In this document: one piece after another, positions 62,701 to 64,000 of the stretch
Position numbering within the stretch: position 1 is the stretch's first letter
Layout of the letters: every line of letters starts with the position of its first letter
Assembly: GCA_964187785.1 (NCBI GenBank)
Contig: OZ076409.1
Coordinates: 14,882,001 to 14,946,000, forward strand
Direction: 5' to 3'
From: Amphiscolops sp. MND2022
Taxonomy: Eukaryota
DNA length: 64,000 bases
Translations under genes and position numbers: made by a program
Notes under the pieces: generated by a model
The model's input: only the letters and a program-made list of their open reading frames with translations
The model's database searches: none
What the model was told of the DNA's origin: nothing

Positions 62701-64000
62701 TCAGGTTCGTCATGAGGTGGTCGACATCATTGGCTGCGATGCCGATATCGTCCACGTACTGGGCACATTGATCCGCTTTAATGACTTTGTCGAGGTATTC
62801 CCTCATGAAACTCGAGAATGCGGATAGTGACCGACTAAGGCCTTGTGCCAAACGTCTGTACGCAAATGTACGACTGGCAAAATTGAAAGTCAACATTTCG
62901 ATTGAACGTTGGTCGGCCATTGGTAGGCAGTGATATGCCTGAGAACAATCCAATTTGCAAAAGAGTTTCTTGCCTGCCATGTGTTGGGCAGCATCAACCA
63001 GGGTGCTAACAGGATGATTATTGTTAATGTAATCATCAGAGATTAGGTTGTTGATTTTTCTCAAGTCAACCAAAAGTCGTAGCTTCCCGTTTGGCTTCTT
63101 TTGGGCAAATATTGGGCTTGCATACTTTGAGAACGGTAGTGTAGTTATGATGCCATATTTGTGTAACATGGCCAATTCGACTAGAATATCCTCCTTCAGG
63201 TTAATAGGCGCTGGAAGACTTTGACTATAGGCTGGGGAATCGTCCTTGGGCGTCAATTTGACTTTGAATTCCTCATTCATGCCTATATCAAATCGGTGTC
63301 GAGCAAATATATCATGGAATTCTACTAATAGTTCCTCTATTTTCTCCTGCTCTTCGGTATTGAGGGTAGAATCTTTCCAATCAAAATTTTCTAGGATTTT
63401 GGCGCGCGATTCTTCGTCTTTCGTGGGGTCGAGTGTCTCCAGTTCCTGTAAGGCCTGTAATTCTCGGAGGATTCGTTTCTGGATAGGTGTATGTTCCTCA
63501 GGATTTCCAGGATTCTCTGGGGTCGGGAACCAATAGTTTTCAGAATTTTGCGGATTTTTGTTGGTCTTGATGAGACTGCTGACATAGTGGGCTGCTTGCT
63601 CTTGGTCATTTTGTAAAAGGTGCCAGGTTGATGCCGGGTCTACCGGTTTGACGTATTTCATTTGTTCTGGGGTCATGACTGAGAAACTAGCAATGTGGAG
63701 TCCCTTTTTAAGTTTATAAGGGTGATCTGTGAAGTTATTCACTGGTATCATTATATTGCCGTCATGCAAGGTGACCAAGGCTGGACAGAATGTGATATCA
63801 CCTTCTTCATGGAGAAGGTCGCTTGGTTGTAAGATTCCCGTAACAGCATTCTCAGGGTACAATAGGGAATTGGTCCTAATTAGGACTCTGTCATTTGGCG
63901 GAATGGTGATCTCATTAGGGTTGAGAATCGGCTCTAATACATTTGAGTATTTGTGATCAGCTGTTTTGAGCTGCATCGAAAAGAACGGGAAGTTCAGTAT
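59765..64000 (-). CDS. pol: pol of element D (RT-RNase H-integrase; protease beyond window end)
   Basis: Open frame with CKLDCSQAYH, QYVDD, MTDAS, LHGAAHKHPG..CEQC, QIDLL/ITDKG/LERTH, GPF, KYNLRPNP. Confidence 0.96.
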   Translation of the reverse strand: MLNFPFFSMQLKTADHKYSNVLEPILNPNEITIPPNDRVLIRTNSLLYPENAVTGILQPSDLLHEEGDITFCPALVTLHDGNIMIPVNNFTDHPYKLKKGLHIASFSVMTPEQMKYVKPVDPASTWHLLQNDQEQAAHYVSSLIKTNKNPQNSENYWFPTPENPGNPEEHTPIQKRILRELQALQELETLDPTKDEESRAKILENFDWKDSTLNTEEQEKIEELLVEFHDIFARHRFDIGMNEEFKVKLTPKDDSPAYSQSLPAPINLKEDILVELAMLHKYGIITTLPFSKYASPIFAQKKPNGKLRLLVDLRKINNLISDDYINNNHPVSTLVDAAQHMAGKKLFCKLDCSQAYHCLPMADQRSIEMLTFNFASRTFAYRRLAQGLSRSLSAFSSFMREYLDKVIKADQCAQYVDDIGIAANDVDHLMTNLRATFKCIQEAGLKLTMHKCHFGAREIDFLGRTITPQGVKPQKQNVQNFLEKTKFPKSKKALQRYLGFLNYYRNYVPRLSERLAPFYKMLKSDEKVLVSKELVQQFEEINKALDKCCDLALQQPIPNKQIALMTDASFGAAGYAVLIEDDPNQKFTSLRKSYAPVAYGSKTFTPAQIKMSIYAKEFLAIYFAFKEFGHIFWGAPKPVIILTDNKAVTRFFQTKIIPPALWNACDYVIQFNFVIAHIPGAQNTAADYLSRLEADPKDKLVMKIREDVQTLPIEINVQSAGVSQEEQIFYTNDDDETEEHYWARKEAIRKNPMTDEPTITIETLSTNLVKQQLDIQVRLKKTNQIIIEQSKDAVLQQLRAKLLHEDYSENTLQQDARYRHYANNLERIVLKDEILTRQYFDETGNVKYHQILLPQHLLRELLQSLHGAAHKHPGISKMLQDIRQRYYYPSMAKHVKKWVEGCEQCARDKRVPNATITPELLNLPEWDLGPEDAMQIDLLPNLPPSGGYENVLTAIDVFSRYLFAYPLTDASAINVAKALIDIMTKHAYLPTTLITDKGTAFTSTIITEVTQVLGITLKCATTKHPQTIGKLERTHASLKTNLKMACGEYRRQWHKYLPLAVLNHNTSYHASIGCEPTRVFHGRIPYNILDHKLGNNPNEKISPTTEFAEEIQNRTKTLIDKTKQNIMQSYIKYKEYYDRKAKAAPLKENEFCFVLQPKADHQGSKIPFRDYRWVGPFVVQKVLPNENYIVRRINTNKTQILHRIRLKKFVPNQPLEDNFREQRLQPDEEIVIPQDDLYVITWETDFGEQLVTRGNEPIPTNFPNGEQPSTTEINNDANNNNADYIITREAMNNDNAVHSRNGRLRHDVTTSNDVTEEASNEESDWPNEAGITNANETHSPNTGNDLKKDKIISENNSTNDTDLQNSPSRGDDIIVPEISENDTRNESLSPRGGKYNLRPNPNPNYSEDYRY

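Larger units (their letters stand above)
51825..64000 (-). mobile_element. Ty3/Gypsy element D, apparently intact: pol, antisense spliced gene, accessory ORF, 3' LTR
   Basis: Uninterrupted 1403-aa pol segment; LTR-type end ...CACGACA at 51825 abutting AT-rich flank; same gene order as C. Confidence 0.9.

Overview
Eukaryotic (animal-like, AT-rich) DNA dominated by transposable elements. It holds three related Ty3/Gypsy LTR retrotransposons: A (minus, ~1-9132, a few disabling mutations), C (plus, ~19417-35356, decayed) and D (minus, 51825->64000, apparently intact and running off the window). It also holds an unrelated Gypsy element (B), BEL/Pao, pogo/Tigger, Tc1, LINE and tRNA-derived SINE remnants, and two host genes (a secreted PAN + TSP1-like + C-type lectin protein, and the 3' exons of a glycine-zipper/DnaJ gene). 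The most unusual signal is the architecture of the A/C/D clade. (i) C and D carry, downstream of pol and antisense to it, a large intron-containing gene for a Zn-finger, hAT-transposase-like protein whose catalytic acidic residues look lost; the first intron after the finger is at the same position in both. (ii) Both carry a second accessory sense ORF with a shared CxxCG motif. (iii) The LTRs are long and contain the first ~100-190 codons of gag, so the PBS lies inside the ORF. (iv) Each family has its own short direct-repeat motif spaced by one helical turn, most strikingly GATG-N7-GATG every 60 bp in A. Together these suggest, as inference only, a retrotransposon-encoded sequence-specific regulatory or anti-silencing system built from a captured DNA transposase. 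All homology calls are by eye; no database searches were run.
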